IMG/VR virus record: IMGVR_UViG_3300020045_005985
Span: 1-46,648 of that record
DNA length: 46,648 bases
Strand: one strand, 5' to 3'
Origin: a virus
Lineage: Duplodnaviria > Caudoviricetes
Positions within the stretch are counted from its first letter, which is position 1; every line of letters starts with the position of its first letter. This document shows positions 11,101 through 19,650 of the stretch, piece by piece. The notes under the pieces are model-generated. The model saw only the letters and a program-made list of their open reading frames with translations, was not told the origin of the DNA and searched no databases. The translations under genes were made by a program, and so were the position numbers.

Positions 11101-11298
11101 AACGCTTGCAGGAATCCTTTCTTCTAATTGTGCTTCAGGATTTAAGACATCTTTCATTGCATCGTATTCGTCAGGATGCATGTCGTACCTTTCAGAACGA
11201 TTTATGACGTTTATTGCCTCTTGTGGAGGGTTGTTACTGCTATAACGAATTATATCTTGTGCTTCTGGATCTGTTGGTTCTTCACTAAAATTTTTCAT
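5149..11298 (-). CDS. Large internal virion (ejection) protein, gp16-like, with a C-terminal lysozyme/SLT-like domain
   Basis: 2049 aa, helical, Gly/Ala-rich hydrophobic segments near the N-terminus; C-terminal GAGVYQFTEERW...LYGAHRFG; third of three post-nozzle genes. Confidence 0.8.
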   Translation of the reverse strand: MKNFSEEPTDPEAQDIIRYSSNNPPQEAINVINRSERYDMHPDEYDAMKDVLNPEAQLEERIPASVSPALKSYASKSSNHAKVVEGEVGILDKIAKHAGFISYNLWSGRSDELEIRDLFKRKRKEGKLPEHEEEYLTNLISERDEKISSFELEGYEQIPGQAATVVADMVSAVGNNKALIGSTTLAGAAVGLSGVTFAPVTVLGGAATGFGLGLTSAFGKDAYERIADSSYDQLGRMTGEDGLPLNLSENTKSNISVALGITSGVLETATGGALTFGLGKLASKKVMNQIVTNTGLKTALDVLGHTVKTGGISSIEETSSEIASIVSENYAKGHKSEAGLLNAIWTTIEQIAKDPETRKRLTMTAAVGATAGGGAAFATGAVTSPKIKSTYEKSNAKIRNQESQKNVINEALRALNNKEEIVKMSKASLDTDLKRMSPEQMSEFRKQAFTEAGYTEKIWFSQEDIATLKTSNPEIAARIIEMDMTEGSRNKTESFVGLESHQFLDLVDDAPTVADFARLHPEAPNPLESKNLLERFNNAQLKRQEIFSSLGKGEELSPEQTKMMLDLDKEIEESTRGAGVMGYINDAVTFTENIEGVVPDKQVEALNIAQRAARIAVADLSIQDFDAREQRIENKVVKLNEKIEKEIQLKKIETDLKVVDKFKPMKGEKAEKINWQELSNLNQNTNYLTVEYKDGVKNQPGRVNEIQVNKVGENNYQVNTTDGYTSEDVKSFSTLEEAKKEAEKVFKNLKEKVETPSKTTKKTSYSPLAIDPKYLPDNLREAYITEPKLIKRKVFVEGGITPDEAATLAGVKDGETLLKILANAPSRNELIAQRKARSVEIRKMVKESRSVNVEERRNKIFDDLNAAHLKEVEFMRTKEWPGEKLGIKKVMLPLPKIAELNNTARKVIANTRVADLRPRQYNAAEKSLQIKAANHILKNEVEQAFVAKEKGMLNVELTRESLKARDAIDNARDVIKRISSKEGINTLKKSGLLNKVNEILGLFDLIGTDSKAVRRDSYFEYLQKLNDQGESIVVPEELADIRQRGKDLTVEQYLRVTERLQTLEHQAKLKNKLLKKLEKREKMNQIETEAAIVEDAVLDLQNHPSYDEKRLLAVKNKNSKDVTQRSRELFGKFSSMISNFKNVVTTLDKERLGEKHYNILAQPMINSETFERQRNLDVVNQQKKIIAAYGEKEFTAAFNEFIEIPEFKGYEHLGNGKLAKSDLWRLMSNLGDPTARERIQNFKNATTGEAMTVESVEIVLDRVLTSKDAQLVQNYINIFKSFEQEAMDLHERTTGVKPNMVKGVPFTHRGRVYEGGYVPLDYLATSPTERASRFLEVLGDKSVSMFGEGEEGKLYSLLRSAEMTEQGRLIDRKKSSRPLDTDFRTFIGAFEEHIHDLAYRESGSDVLKLLKNPIYSNAIISTVGVEKYNTMTSGVIETVGQNHGEDILSPYAGERKAVENLFKHLEQGFSVGTLGFKLSSVLMQPLSMFSASLRLGRNGPTYLLKSTGQVLKSLVDGSFNKLYEHAIEINPDLKFNQDSIDDSLVKSQYDLIPKSNNTPYANKLAMLKKGKELFVEAAMYGLKKMDIYNKVLATHAAYAQFVDGAVENFPQSKLDKMTPEEIQVAGKNYAKQMADLALTTSANIDKNALEKIGQMRMFTRFYTDLRSQANTFTSQNRKILGKSKEAVSAYKSGDTGKAALYAKNAALDLGALLTTYTLTKLYIDTLRDEETPITDLANVENMGDFGKFLSNTASYVATAPIEGFASSVPLVRDIQFAVGGYGRVNFPITQTFTDVVQGIVGVREWMNGNELSKKEIRGLLFSGSYLVGGFPVKGLMEINTFIQETSIPENFMNYVQREIVGLSEDIDKFSEKHKDDPKAQETIAALKEIQAEYAPNTGASMENLIPEDSMEVLKTDDWKALDPVTGGAGVYQFTEERWKEISEENPDLGLTEDGRVSKDPGEQEKAMKYSLEQNARGLANYQVEVDNANLYGAHRFGLDDYVSILMSNDNEKLTNVVENKKLFEGFKTVGQVRKFVRQKIEKINKLTLK

Positions 11299-13127
11299 TT
11301 ACCAAGACTCCTAACGTAATTTAAAAACGCTTTGTCACTAGGATGAGGAGTAGCTGTTGTTCTTGTTTGTTTCTTATAGTCTCTTTGAAGTTTAAAAATT
11401 TGTTTGGCATCAAGACCTTTTAAAGGATCGTCGTTAGGAGTTTGTCTTGTTGATAAAGTGGTTGCTGGTTTAGGTGTGTCGTCGTCGTTACCGAAAGGAT
11501 TTAGTCTACTTAAGAAAGAAGAACCACCGCCAAACAATTCAGTTTTCTTTTTCTCAGATATATATTTGTTCACTTGGTCACTTAAGTCTTTGTCTGAAAT
11601 ATTTGTTGGAACAGCTTCTAAGTAATCTATTAAGTCGTCGTTTGCTTTTGTTAATTTTGTATAGTTCTTTTTGTCTAACTTACCATATTCGTCGTTCTTA
11701 ATAAGTCCTGTTGCATATAGTTTGTTTTTTAACAAGTCTGCCGCTCTTTTGTTCACTCCGCTTGTTTTAGTTAAGTTATTTTTATTCTCTTTAATGTTTA
11801 AAAATCTAGTCTCATATCTTGTCTTATCTTCTTTACTCAATCCAACAAGTGACTCTTGGAATTGAGCAGAACTAGTATTATTGATATCTCCGTTAATGAA
11901 TAATTCTTGTACTTTAATTAAAGCTTTAGGATCGGTTTTCTTAGGAGCTTCAAATTCTTGCAATACCGATTGTTGCTGTTGTCTGCTTAGTTTATCAAAT
12001 GTTTCTTTGTAAACTTGAGAGTTTTCTAAATCTGCAACACCATTAAGTTGACCGTTTTTTCTTCGGTAGTCCATATCCTTAAGTAACAAGTCGAAATTTG
12101 CTTCTTGTTGATTTTTCTTCAACAATTCTCGTCTACTATCGTTTGCACTTTTGATTTTAAGTACTTCGCCTTGTAGATCAACAGGAAGCTTATCAATAGC
12201 TTCTAATTGTTTGTCTTCAGGTTTTTTCGATATGTCTGACAAAGTAACCAAGGCTTCGTCTTTAAGCCCTTGGTTTTTGAAACGATTAACTAATACTCCA
12301 TTACTTTTAGCGTCTATGAAGTCCCCATATTTCTCATGTAATGCCTTGGCCCTTTTAATCTCTCCGGCATCGATCATAGCTTTTATAGAACTAGTAACCC
12401 CTTCACTCACTTCTTTTGCCGTTCTTTGCTTCGCCATCTCACTCATTGAGACTTTAACAATTTTTCCATCATCGTCTTTATAAATATGATTCCAACTTTG
12501 AGCATCATCAGAAAGCTTAGTAACTGTTCCGTTCTCTAAGCCTCGTTGAGCTATTACTGTTTTTATGTCAGAAATATTCTCATCAAAAGGTAAAAACGAG
12601 GTAGGATCTCCTTCTCGTACGAAACCTGCGTTTGACGGTAATGTATTCTTTTTTAGACTTATGGTAGATTCAAAAAGATTATTTTTATAAACTTCTTGTT
12701 GTTTTCCTCTTTGTGCTAACGATTGGAGTTTATAAGCATTTCTGACTTTATCTAGTTTAGCTGTAACATAACCTTTCATTTCGTCATCTAAATCAGGATA
12801 GTCGCTTAATAATTCTTTAGATTTTTCTTCTTCTTCTTTCTCATAGTCAACATAGGGTTTTGTAGGATCACCGTCTATAGCTTTTAAATCAATTAGTTTT
12901 TGAGTAGTCCATGAATCATATTTTTGTTCTATTTCGTAATTTAATTGTTTTAAAGTATCGCTTCTATACTTATCGTAAACATCAATCCCTTCTTTTACCA
13001 AGGAAGTAACCGCTGACGTTGATCTTAAAATAGTATCAGCGTTATTCTGAACATTTAAGTTTAGACGATTTGTTGGTTGTGTTTGAGTAGACTCAAGTTG
13101 TTGGAGTCTTGGTATCTGAATCGGCAT
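11295..13127 (-). CDS. Internal virion protein, gp15-like
   Basis: 610 aa helical protein starting MPIQIP; synteny. Confidence 0.7.
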   Translation of the reverse strand: MPIQIPRLQQLESTQTQPTNRLNLNVQNNADTILRSTSAVTSLVKEGIDVYDKYRSDTLKQLNYEIEQKYDSWTTQKLIDLKAIDGDPTKPYVDYEKEEEEKSKELLSDYPDLDDEMKGYVTAKLDKVRNAYKLQSLAQRGKQQEVYKNNLFESTISLKKNTLPSNAGFVREGDPTSFLPFDENISDIKTVIAQRGLENGTVTKLSDDAQSWNHIYKDDDGKIVKVSMSEMAKQRTAKEVSEGVTSSIKAMIDAGEIKRAKALHEKYGDFIDAKSNGVLVNRFKNQGLKDEALVTLSDISKKPEDKQLEAIDKLPVDLQGEVLKIKSANDSRRELLKKNQQEANFDLLLKDMDYRRKNGQLNGVADLENSQVYKETFDKLSRQQQQSVLQEFEAPKKTDPKALIKVQELFINGDINNTSSAQFQESLVGLSKEDKTRYETRFLNIKENKNNLTKTSGVNKRAADLLKNKLYATGLIKNDEYGKLDKKNYTKLTKANDDLIDYLEAVPTNISDKDLSDQVNKYISEKKKTELFGGGSSFLSRLNPFGNDDDTPKPATTLSTRQTPNDDPLKGLDAKQIFKLQRDYKKQTRTTATPHPSDKAFLNYVRSLGK

Positions 13128-13632
13128 TATTTTTCCCCTTCATATAATCTCTGTAACCAGAAGATCCTAATGGCGCAAGCGTTTGGGCAGCACCTAAAAT
13201 TCCTTGAGTCATTATTGCGCTAGACTGTACTTTTGACTGAGCGTATCCTAGTTGACCGCTCATGGTGTATTGTCTCGCTTGACTCTTAAAGCCTAATGCT
13301 CTCTCTTGAGCTTGTTTATGAATCTCCATTTTATTAATATCTGCGATAAACCTTGTGTCTTGTTCTATGCTTGCAACACTACCGTAAGATAAATCAACAT
13401 CGGCAGCAGCTAAAACCGCTCTTTGTTCACCAAGAGTTTTATCAATTACAGCTTGGTATCTAGCGGTTTGACTATATCCCTCGATCTCAGCGTCATAAGC
13501 GTCCAATTCAGCGAATTGAGCGTTCATATCGGCTATATCTTTGTTTAATCTTGCGGAGTCTTTAACGTTCTGAGAAGCAAAATAACTTCCAGTTAATTGA
13601 AGACCTGCGAGAGCTATCATTGCGTAAGGCAT
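13093..13632 (-). CDS. Internal virion protein, gp14-like
   Basis: 179 aa, Ala/Gln-rich, GEQRAVLAAADVDLSYGS motif; directly after the nozzle gene. Confidence 0.7.
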   Translation of the reverse strand: MPYAMIALAGLQLTGSYFASQNVKDSARLNKDIADMNAQFAELDAYDAEIEGYSQTARYQAVIDKTLGEQRAVLAAADVDLSYGSVASIEQDTRFIADINKMEIHKQAQERALGFKSQARQYTMSGQLGYAQSKVQSSAIMTQGILGAAQTLAPLGSSGYRDYMKGKNNADSDTKTPTT

Positions 13633-16094
13633 TATACATCACTCCTTTTCTGAATTTCCACATCAGGAATGATTGACAATATTTCAAAATGAACAGGATC
13701 AACTTGTCTAAAAGACATTTGACCGTTGGTGTCCCAATCTCCCGGAAGTGTTTGTTCAATTCTTCTACTTATGGGTTGTAAATATCTGTTACCTGTAATG
13801 TCGTATCCATCAGGAACATACATTTTAAATAAATCTTCCATTCCAACTACACTATCACCGTCTTTCAATCCGTCTGCTTCTTCTGGAAATTTGTTGCTTA
13901 CAAATAGTCCTCTACTCTCATGGACTCTAACGTAAAGCTTACCGACTAACAAAGACTCAACAGTAGTTGGAGCTTCTTCAAGTGTAGTAATGTTGAGCGT
14001 CTTAATATCCGCTGTAATCGGTCGTCCTACTATGATGATTGCTCCTCTCCCTACGCTAGCAGGAAGATCGATTGCACCACTACTAACAGTAATTGCATCA
14101 TAACCTTCAACATCATTGTTTGGAGAGTTAACCACAAAGCCGTCAACTACTACGGTAACATTTTCACCCTCTAAATGGGCCAAGCCAACAATATGAGTGA
14201 AAGTCTCATAAAGTCTAAAACCTGAAGCTTGAGCGGAAGGAAACTGACAAGACGGTTTAACTACTACTTCATCGTCGCTAGTTCTGCTTACCACTTCTAA
14301 ATCAACAGTACTCTTATCGGTAGTATCAAAAAATCTAAAGATTGTTCCTACAGCACCAAGACCAGCAGCAGGGAAAAGACCAGAAGTTCCACAAGTCAAA
14401 GTTAAATCATCTTCCCAATCGTCGGTAACGGTAGGTACTAATAAAAACTCATCACCCGGATCAAGTCCTTCGTTTAACAAGTGTTCCTTAGTATAGCTAG
14501 CATCCATAAAAGTATTTTGAGCAGATTTATCAGCTTCAGGGTTTGACACAAGCTCAGAAGCAGCTATACGTCTTGGTAAACTTACTTCTATGTATCGGTT
14601 GCCATTTTTGTTTGTTACAAAAAAGGTTGTGTCAGCAACAGTTGTTCCGGCAACATCTTCAACCGGATATTTAGAGTCGTGTCTTGTCCATGCTTTCATT
14701 TCATGTTCAAAATCATAAGTAAATGTCGCAAAAGTACCGTCAGAGAATACCGCTATAATAATTGAATTTGATCCACCTTGGTAGTCCCAAGCCACTATTA
14801 CTTTTTCTTTAAATAAATGGTCACTAAAAATCGATTGGTTAACAGCTTGATAGGATCCGATTTCTTGAGAATATAAAAACTGTCTAACACTGTTTGTAGT
14901 TTTATCGACAAAGAAAACTCCACCAGGAATTGCAAGAGGAGCTATTGATTCTTCAATAACATTGTTTACTCTTTTATCTAAAACAACATTGTCGATATTT
15001 AAAAGTCCAGTATTAACAAATACTCCAACCTCAGTAAAAACAACTAGACCATCACTATCAACCATTCTTAAAATTGCTGCTTTCCCTGATGTCCCTGCTT
15101 TAAACTGTAAAGCTGAGTCAGCATCATAAGGGAAGTCTCTGTCAAAATTGTTTTGAAAGCCGGGTCGTGAAGCTAATATCCCTTCTACGTCAATGTTGAA
15201 ATTAGCAATTAAAAGTCTTTGTTGATAAACAAGACCAGTAGCAGGATACAAACTATCTGCGTATTGAGAGGATAACCCAGATTTAGTAACTAAGAGTGGT
15301 GGCCCATTTGTAAAATCAGCGTCACCACCTACGTCAATATATTTACAATATAAATTACTACCACTTAAATAAAAGCTTGTACTAGCTCCTATAAATCCAA
15401 ATGCTCCACCACCGTTTGGTCGTCTATAGACTCTAAGTTCTGTGGCGTTAGCTGGAATTGATGTAACTAATCCGGTATTTGTGAGTTTTATCACAATAGC
15501 GTTTGATTGCCCTAAAACTTCAGGTTTGTTAAATGTACCAAGGCTAGTTAGATCTAAATAATTATACTCTTCTCCATTATAAACATATGAAACAGCGTAA
15601 TCTACTTGGTATCCTGTCGGCGCACCTGTAGGAGTTATTGTTTGAGTAACATTTGGAGTATCTACATTTCTAAAAGCTGTCGAAGCTAAATCTAAGGTAT
15701 AGGTTGTTAGGTTGTATCGAACAGGTACAGCCGTTGTAAAAACATAAAGATAGTTTTTACTTGCTTGGAAATGTAAAAGAGGTAAATATGCTGCCGAAGG
15801 AGCAACAGCCTCGCCCAATAAACTGCCACTAAAATTATAAAACCTAACGTAACCGCCACCAAATTCGCATAGTATTCCTGAGTTTGGTGGAGAATAAATT
15901 CTTATTGCTTCTCCGTTATTCTTAGACTTAACGAAATGTGCCCGAGGAAAACGAGACATAATTGTACCTGTTTTCCCGACAGTAACATTTCTAGCAGTAG
16001 CTAAACCTCTCTTGAATTTTTCAAGAGTCACATAGTCGAACAATATTGGATCAATTTCTCCTGATGAGAAACTTAATAGAGTCTTTAGGGCCAT
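13632..16094 (-). CDS. Tail nozzle (tail tubular protein B-like)
   Basis: 820 aa; N-terminal SFSSGEIDP; QQRLL, AWTRH and GLAHLEGENV motifs. Confidence 0.85.
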   Translation of the reverse strand: MALKTLLSFSSGEIDPILFDYVTLEKFKRGLATARNVTVGKTGTIMSRFPRAHFVKSKNNGEAIRIYSPPNSGILCEFGGGYVRFYNFSGSLLGEAVAPSAAYLPLLHFQASKNYLYVFTTAVPVRYNLTTYTLDLASTAFRNVDTPNVTQTITPTGAPTGYQVDYAVSYVYNGEEYNYLDLTSLGTFNKPEVLGQSNAIVIKLTNTGLVTSIPANATELRVYRRPNGGGAFGFIGASTSFYLSGSNLYCKYIDVGGDADFTNGPPLLVTKSGLSSQYADSLYPATGLVYQQRLLIANFNIDVEGILASRPGFQNNFDRDFPYDADSALQFKAGTSGKAAILRMVDSDGLVVFTEVGVFVNTGLLNIDNVVLDKRVNNVIEESIAPLAIPGGVFFVDKTTNSVRQFLYSQEIGSYQAVNQSIFSDHLFKEKVIVAWDYQGGSNSIIIAVFSDGTFATFTYDFEHEMKAWTRHDSKYPVEDVAGTTVADTTFFVTNKNGNRYIEVSLPRRIAASELVSNPEADKSAQNTFMDASYTKEHLLNEGLDPGDEFLLVPTVTDDWEDDLTLTCGTSGLFPAAGLGAVGTIFRFFDTTDKSTVDLEVVSRTSDDEVVVKPSCQFPSAQASGFRLYETFTHIVGLAHLEGENVTVVVDGFVVNSPNNDVEGYDAITVSSGAIDLPASVGRGAIIIVGRPITADIKTLNITTLEEAPTTVESLLVGKLYVRVHESRGLFVSNKFPEEADGLKDGDSVVGMEDLFKMYVPDGYDITGNRYLQPISRRIEQTLPGDWDTNGQMSFRQVDPVHFEILSIIPDVEIQKRSDV

Positions 16095-16712
16095 CTATGA
16101 TAACCTCGCTTCTACAAATTCAGATCGTTGCCAGTCAGACTCATAGTTGAAGTTTTCCAAAGAGTCTTTTTCTTGTGCTTCAAATTTTGCCACGATATAT
16201 AACTCGTTTATTTCCTTTCTAAGAGCTTTTGCACCCTTGCCCACTACTAGAGGAGCAGAAAGGAAAGCGAGCTTATAAGCTACTGCTAAACCTGCCATAG
16301 GGCTTAATGCTTCCAATGGTACGTCTTTTGGAATCGCTTCAATGATTGCTTGGTACTCGTTGGTATAAATTGCGCTTTGACCGTTATAAATACCTGTACG
16401 CTTTGGGATATGGGTACTTTTGTTATCCGTTTCCACCATGGATTTAATTCTTCTCATGAAAACACAATTTGTTGGATATTTATAAACATAATTCCAAGCT
16501 TCACCTTCTAGTTGAGCTAACAGCTCTAAGGTAATCGGTTGGGATAAGGAATCTAAATCTAAGTCCGCTAAAGTGGACTCAAATGCAATATCGTAGAAAG
16601 TATTTAATATGGAAACATAATTACTCTTATCTGTTTCTACGTCTACAACCTCTTTATTCAATAACAAAGCGGACAAAGCAGTATTATAGATTTTAGTTTT
16701 CGTAAAAGACAT
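16095..16712 (-). CDS. Tail adaptor (tail tubular protein A-like)
   Basis: 205 aa; IYNTALSAL, WNYVYKYPTNC, C-terminal FVEAR; synteny. Confidence 0.8.
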   Translation of the reverse strand: MSFTKTKIYNTALSALLLNKEVVDVETDKSNYVSILNTFYDIAFESTLADLDLDSLSQPITLELLAQLEGEAWNYVYKYPTNCVFMRRIKSMVETDNKSTHIPKRTGIYNGQSAIYTNEYQAIIEAIPKDVPLEALSPMAGLAVAYKLAFLSAPLVVGKGAKALRKEINELYIVAKFEAQEKDSLENFNYESDWQRSEFVEARLS

Positions 16713-16726
16713 TTCACCCTCGCATC

Positions 16727-16758
16727 AAAAAAGGCGAAGGTTACTTTTTCGCCTTTTT
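16727..16758 (-). terminator. Rho-independent terminator after the capsid gene block
   Basis: Minus strand aaaaaggcgaa-aaagtaacc-ttcgcctttttt. Confidence 0.7.
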
Positions 16759-17097
16759 ATCTTTTAAAAATTGAATACGTTTTTTTTCCAGCTCAGAATC
16801 TTTGCACTTCATCCAGTCACCAAGACTTTCAAAAGCTTTTACAATGAATTCTTCACCTTCTTTTATTCGTTGTTGTGCAAAAAATCCTCTCCTAGTAGCA
16901 GTAACAGCAATTCCAAGCTTAGGAATCAAAGGGATTGTTACATTATTACAAGCAGCCTTTTCAGGATCGTTGTAGATAAGTTTTGGTTCAATTGGAAGTT
17001 CTTCTTCAAAACTTTCATCTTGAACGATCTCTTGTTCTCCCGGAAGAATTTCTTCTACCATGCCTAAATTAGGCATTGTTGGAATTTTCTTACTCAT
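16741..17097 (-). CDS. Hypothetical virion-module protein, 118 aa
   Basis: ORF between cement and adaptor; ATRRGF...IKEGEEF...WM motif. Confidence 0.7.
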   Translation of the reverse strand: MSKKIPTMPNLGMVEEILPGEQEIVQDESFEEELPIEPKLIYNDPEKAACNNVTIPLIPKLGIAVTATRRGFFAQQRIKEGEEFIVKAFESLGDWMKCKDSELEKKRIQFLKDKKAKK

Positions 17098-17099
17098 TA

Positions 17100-17537
17100 C
17101 TATACCTCAGCGTCATTAATTTTAGGGAAAGACTTATATTCTGCAATTTCGTCTTGTGGCACTAAGTAAACATCAAGTGTTACAGTAGTTGTTCCACCAG
17201 TAGCAGTATGTCTAAAACCTAAGTATTGCTTATTCATTACACCTTGTGGGATTGGGATTTCTATTTCTGCACCCAAAACTAAAGCAGCAGCAGCTACCGA
17301 AATTGAAGCTAAAGAAACAACGTTGCTTGTTAAAGCGTCGTCGTCAGCTTGGATGGCTTCAAGAGTATGAGTAGAGCCTGCACCTGAAGCAACAGTTGGC
17401 ATAACCAAAAGGGCCATTCTACGACCAATGCTTAGATCTTGAGCAGCAGTTTGTTTTTTGTATGAACTTGCTGAAACATCGGCAGATCCAGTAAAAGCTT
17501 GTGCTACACATAATTGATTTTGAATATCGAATCTCAT
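17100..17537 (-). CDS. Capsid cement/decoration protein (Bbp16-like)
   Basis: 145 aa beta-rich protein directly after the MCP; MRFDIQNQL, QYLGFRHT; GGAGG RBS. Confidence 0.8.
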   Translation of the reverse strand: MRFDIQNQLCVAQAFTGSADVSASSYKKQTAAQDLSIGRRMALLVMPTVASGAGSTHTLEAIQADDDALTSNVVSLASISVAAAALVLGAEIEIPIPQGVMNKQYLGFRHTATGGTTTVTLDVYLVPQDEIAEYKSFPKINDAEV

Positions 17538-17557
17538 TTTATATATCCTCCGTAATT

Positions 17558-17580
17558 AAAGGGGTCTTGCAACCCCTTTT
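17558..17580 (-). terminator. Stem-loop/terminator after the major capsid gene
   Basis: aaaggggt-cttgca-acccctttt inverted repeat. Confidence 0.6.
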
Positions 17581-17591
17581 AAAATTTAATA

Positions 17592-18617
17592 CTAGGTAGT
17601 AACCCTTGCTTCACTGTTTAATAAAGCATCCATTCTACGAACTGGACAACCTAAAAACATTAGAACTTTTTGACCTTGGTAATTGTCAAAAGTAAGTCCT
17701 GCACCAGCACCAACTTTAGTTAATGCTTGCTTATGTAAATGAGCTTCAATTGTTCTGTTTACATACCAAACACCCATGCCGTTGTCTTTGCTGTCAATTT
17801 TATAATCAGCAGAAATCATTAGGTCAATAAGGTCAGCAGCACCAGCACCAGAAACAAGATTTGATACGTCAATGTTTGCAATTCTTGCAGCTTGACGATA
17901 ATCTTTTACAACTAGTCCATGGTCAGTTAGGAATTGTTCTTCATAACCCCAGAAATCTCCAACAGCTCCATTTTCATCAAGACCAGGAATTTTTACCAAT
18001 TTTCCACCGGCCGAATGATCTATACGAGAAATTCCAGCAGTTGTTCCTTTTGGATAAATTCCGAAAATTGATCGCTCTCCCCAATGAACTTTTAATACTG
18101 AAGTATTGTCTGAACCAGTTCCACCAGCGTCAATGATTTGATTGCTAGTAGCTTCAGTTGTTGCAAGGGTTGAGAAGATATCGAAAAAACCAGCAGTTTT
18201 ACGATTTGCTGTTGCAGGAGAACCATAAATCATTAGGCTTGCAAGTTCATTTGCATGAGCTTGTAAGTGACCTTGAGCTTGATTCCATCTGTTATAAGCA
18301 ACTCGATCCATTCCACCACGTTCAGCAACAGCACGATCAATTTGAGATTTTGATTCAAAGTGACTAGCTTGGAAGCTTCTTTCTTCGGTTGTGCTTTTTC
18401 CAGCAGGAATTGGCTGATTAGCTTTACGGTAATATACTTCTGGAAGTGCAGATCGAATTTCTTCCTTATGTATTGTTCCTTCATTCATTTCTTGATAAGG
18501 AATATCGTTTAACATTCCATTGTGCTGAACAAGAACTTCTGCTACTTTTCCAATTTGTTTATTTTTACTTTTTGCAACATCTGCAAGAGTAAGAAGATAT
18601 AATCCTTTAGCCGCCAT
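17592..18617 (-). CDS. Major capsid protein (BPP-1 Bbp17/epsilon15 gp7-like)
   Basis: 341 aa; LTLADVAK, IIDAGGTGSDNTS, GLVVKDYRQAARIANID, FLGCPVRRMDALLNSEARV. Confidence 0.92.
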   Translation of the reverse strand: MAAKGLYLLTLADVAKSKNKQIGKVAEVLVQHNGMLNDIPYQEMNEGTIHKEEIRSALPEVYYRKANQPIPAGKSTTEERSFQASHFESKSQIDRAVAERGGMDRVAYNRWNQAQGHLQAHANELASLMIYGSPATANRKTAGFFDIFSTLATTEATSNQIIDAGGTGSDNTSVLKVHWGERSIFGIYPKGTTAGISRIDHSAGGKLVKIPGLDENGAVGDFWGYEEQFLTDHGLVVKDYRQAARIANIDVSNLVSGAGAADLIDLMISADYKIDSKDNGMGVWYVNRTIEAHLHKQALTKVGAGAGLTFDNYQGQKVLMFLGCPVRRMDALLNSEARVTT

Positions 18618-18632
18618 AAAAAAACCTCCATA

Positions 18633-19355
18633 TTATTTGTATAAGTCTACCAGAAAATTTGTCTCTGGTTCTTTTTCATTACTTGATTCACCGTTTACCA
18701 AAATGGTTGTTGGATTCAAAAGTTTTGAAACCCCCAATAAATCTTTCATAATATAAGGAGGCAACATTGTACCCCTATCTGTCAAGACTTTTTTCATATT
18801 TGGCATATGTTTATCTAACAATTTTTCAACTCTATCAACATTTTTATCAAAAAACTCTCCACCGAAGCTTTTATCGGTTTTTAATTCTTCCATCCATTGC
18901 TTTCTAGTGCTTAGAACTTGAGCTTCTCGCTCTTCCATTAGTCGCTTACTTTCTTCTTTTGCTAACTTAACGTAAGCTTCTGCTTGTTCCTTTGTCATCT
19001 TGTTTTCAGCAATAAACTTAGAAGTTAATTCTTTATCATAACCGTCTGGTAATTCACCAAGGATTTTACTTACGTCTGAGTCACCCTCAGTTGTTTTTTT
19101 ATCTTCTTCAACTTTTTTTGCTTCTGGTTCTTTATCGTATCCAGTCGCTTTCTTTTCAACTTCTTTTTCTTCTTCAACTTTTTTTACTTCAGGTTCTTTC
19201 TCATCTTCAGCTTTCACTTCTGGTTCAGTGTATCCGTAATCATCAAGGTTAGAGTCTTTCTCGACTTCCTTGGTAGCTTCGGGTTCTGTGTAACCAGAAT
19301 TAACTTTCTGAGTCTGTTCCGTTTTCGATTCTGTATTGTTCGTTGATGTCATCAT
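18633..19355 (-). CDS. Capsid scaffolding protein (start reassigned to 19355/19352)
   Basis: Acidic/Lys-rich N-terminus with GY(T/D)..EPE repeats; W..ELKTDKSFGG; GGAGAGG before the ATG; precedes the MCP. Confidence 0.75.
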   Translation of the reverse strand: MMTSTNNTESKTEQTQKVNSGYTEPEATKEVEKDSNLDDYGYTEPEVKAEDEKEPEVKKVEEEKEVEKKATGYDKEPEAKKVEEDKKTTEGDSDVSKILGELPDGYDKELTSKFIAENKMTKEQAEAYVKLAKEESKRLMEEREAQVLSTRKQWMEELKTDKSFGGEFFDKNVDRVEKLLDKHMPNMKKVLTDRGTMLPPYIMKDLLGVSKLLNPTTILVNGESSNEKEPETNFLVDLYK

Positions 19356-19650
19356 AACGTTCCCTCTCCAATTTAGATAATATTGAAGCAGAAATTTCAA
19401 AGTCTGCTTCGCACACAAGTTTATAAATAGAATTACCAGCTCGCAAAAAGCCTAAATACTCGTGAAGAATATTTCCTTCCATGCTTTGCTCAGGTAATTT
19501 TGCAACATCGAAACTTTTAAAGAAATATCTAAATAACTTAATTCCTTCGCTCGATTTCAAAATAGAAGCAATCGCAAGAAGCACATCTCTATGTTCTAGT
19601 GCTTCTTGACGATCCTTTTTCTCAAAATATTTTTCTAATTCTTCATTCAT
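19300..19650 (-). CDS. Small head-module protein (Bbp19-like)
   Basis: 116 aa; ILKSSEGIKLF...GFLRAG pattern; position before the scaffold. Confidence 0.6.
   Translation of the reverse strand: MNEELEKYFEKKDRQEALEHRDVLLAIASILKSSEGIKLFRYFFKSFDVAKLPEQSMEGNILHEYLGFLRAGNSIYKLVCEADFEISASILSKLERERYDDINEQYRIENGTDSES

Noticed and set aside
17540-17600. Capsid read-through or frameshift extension, or a reassigned stop codon
   Set aside because: The MCP TAG is followed almost at once by TAA, and all three stop codons end normal-length genes under the standard code.
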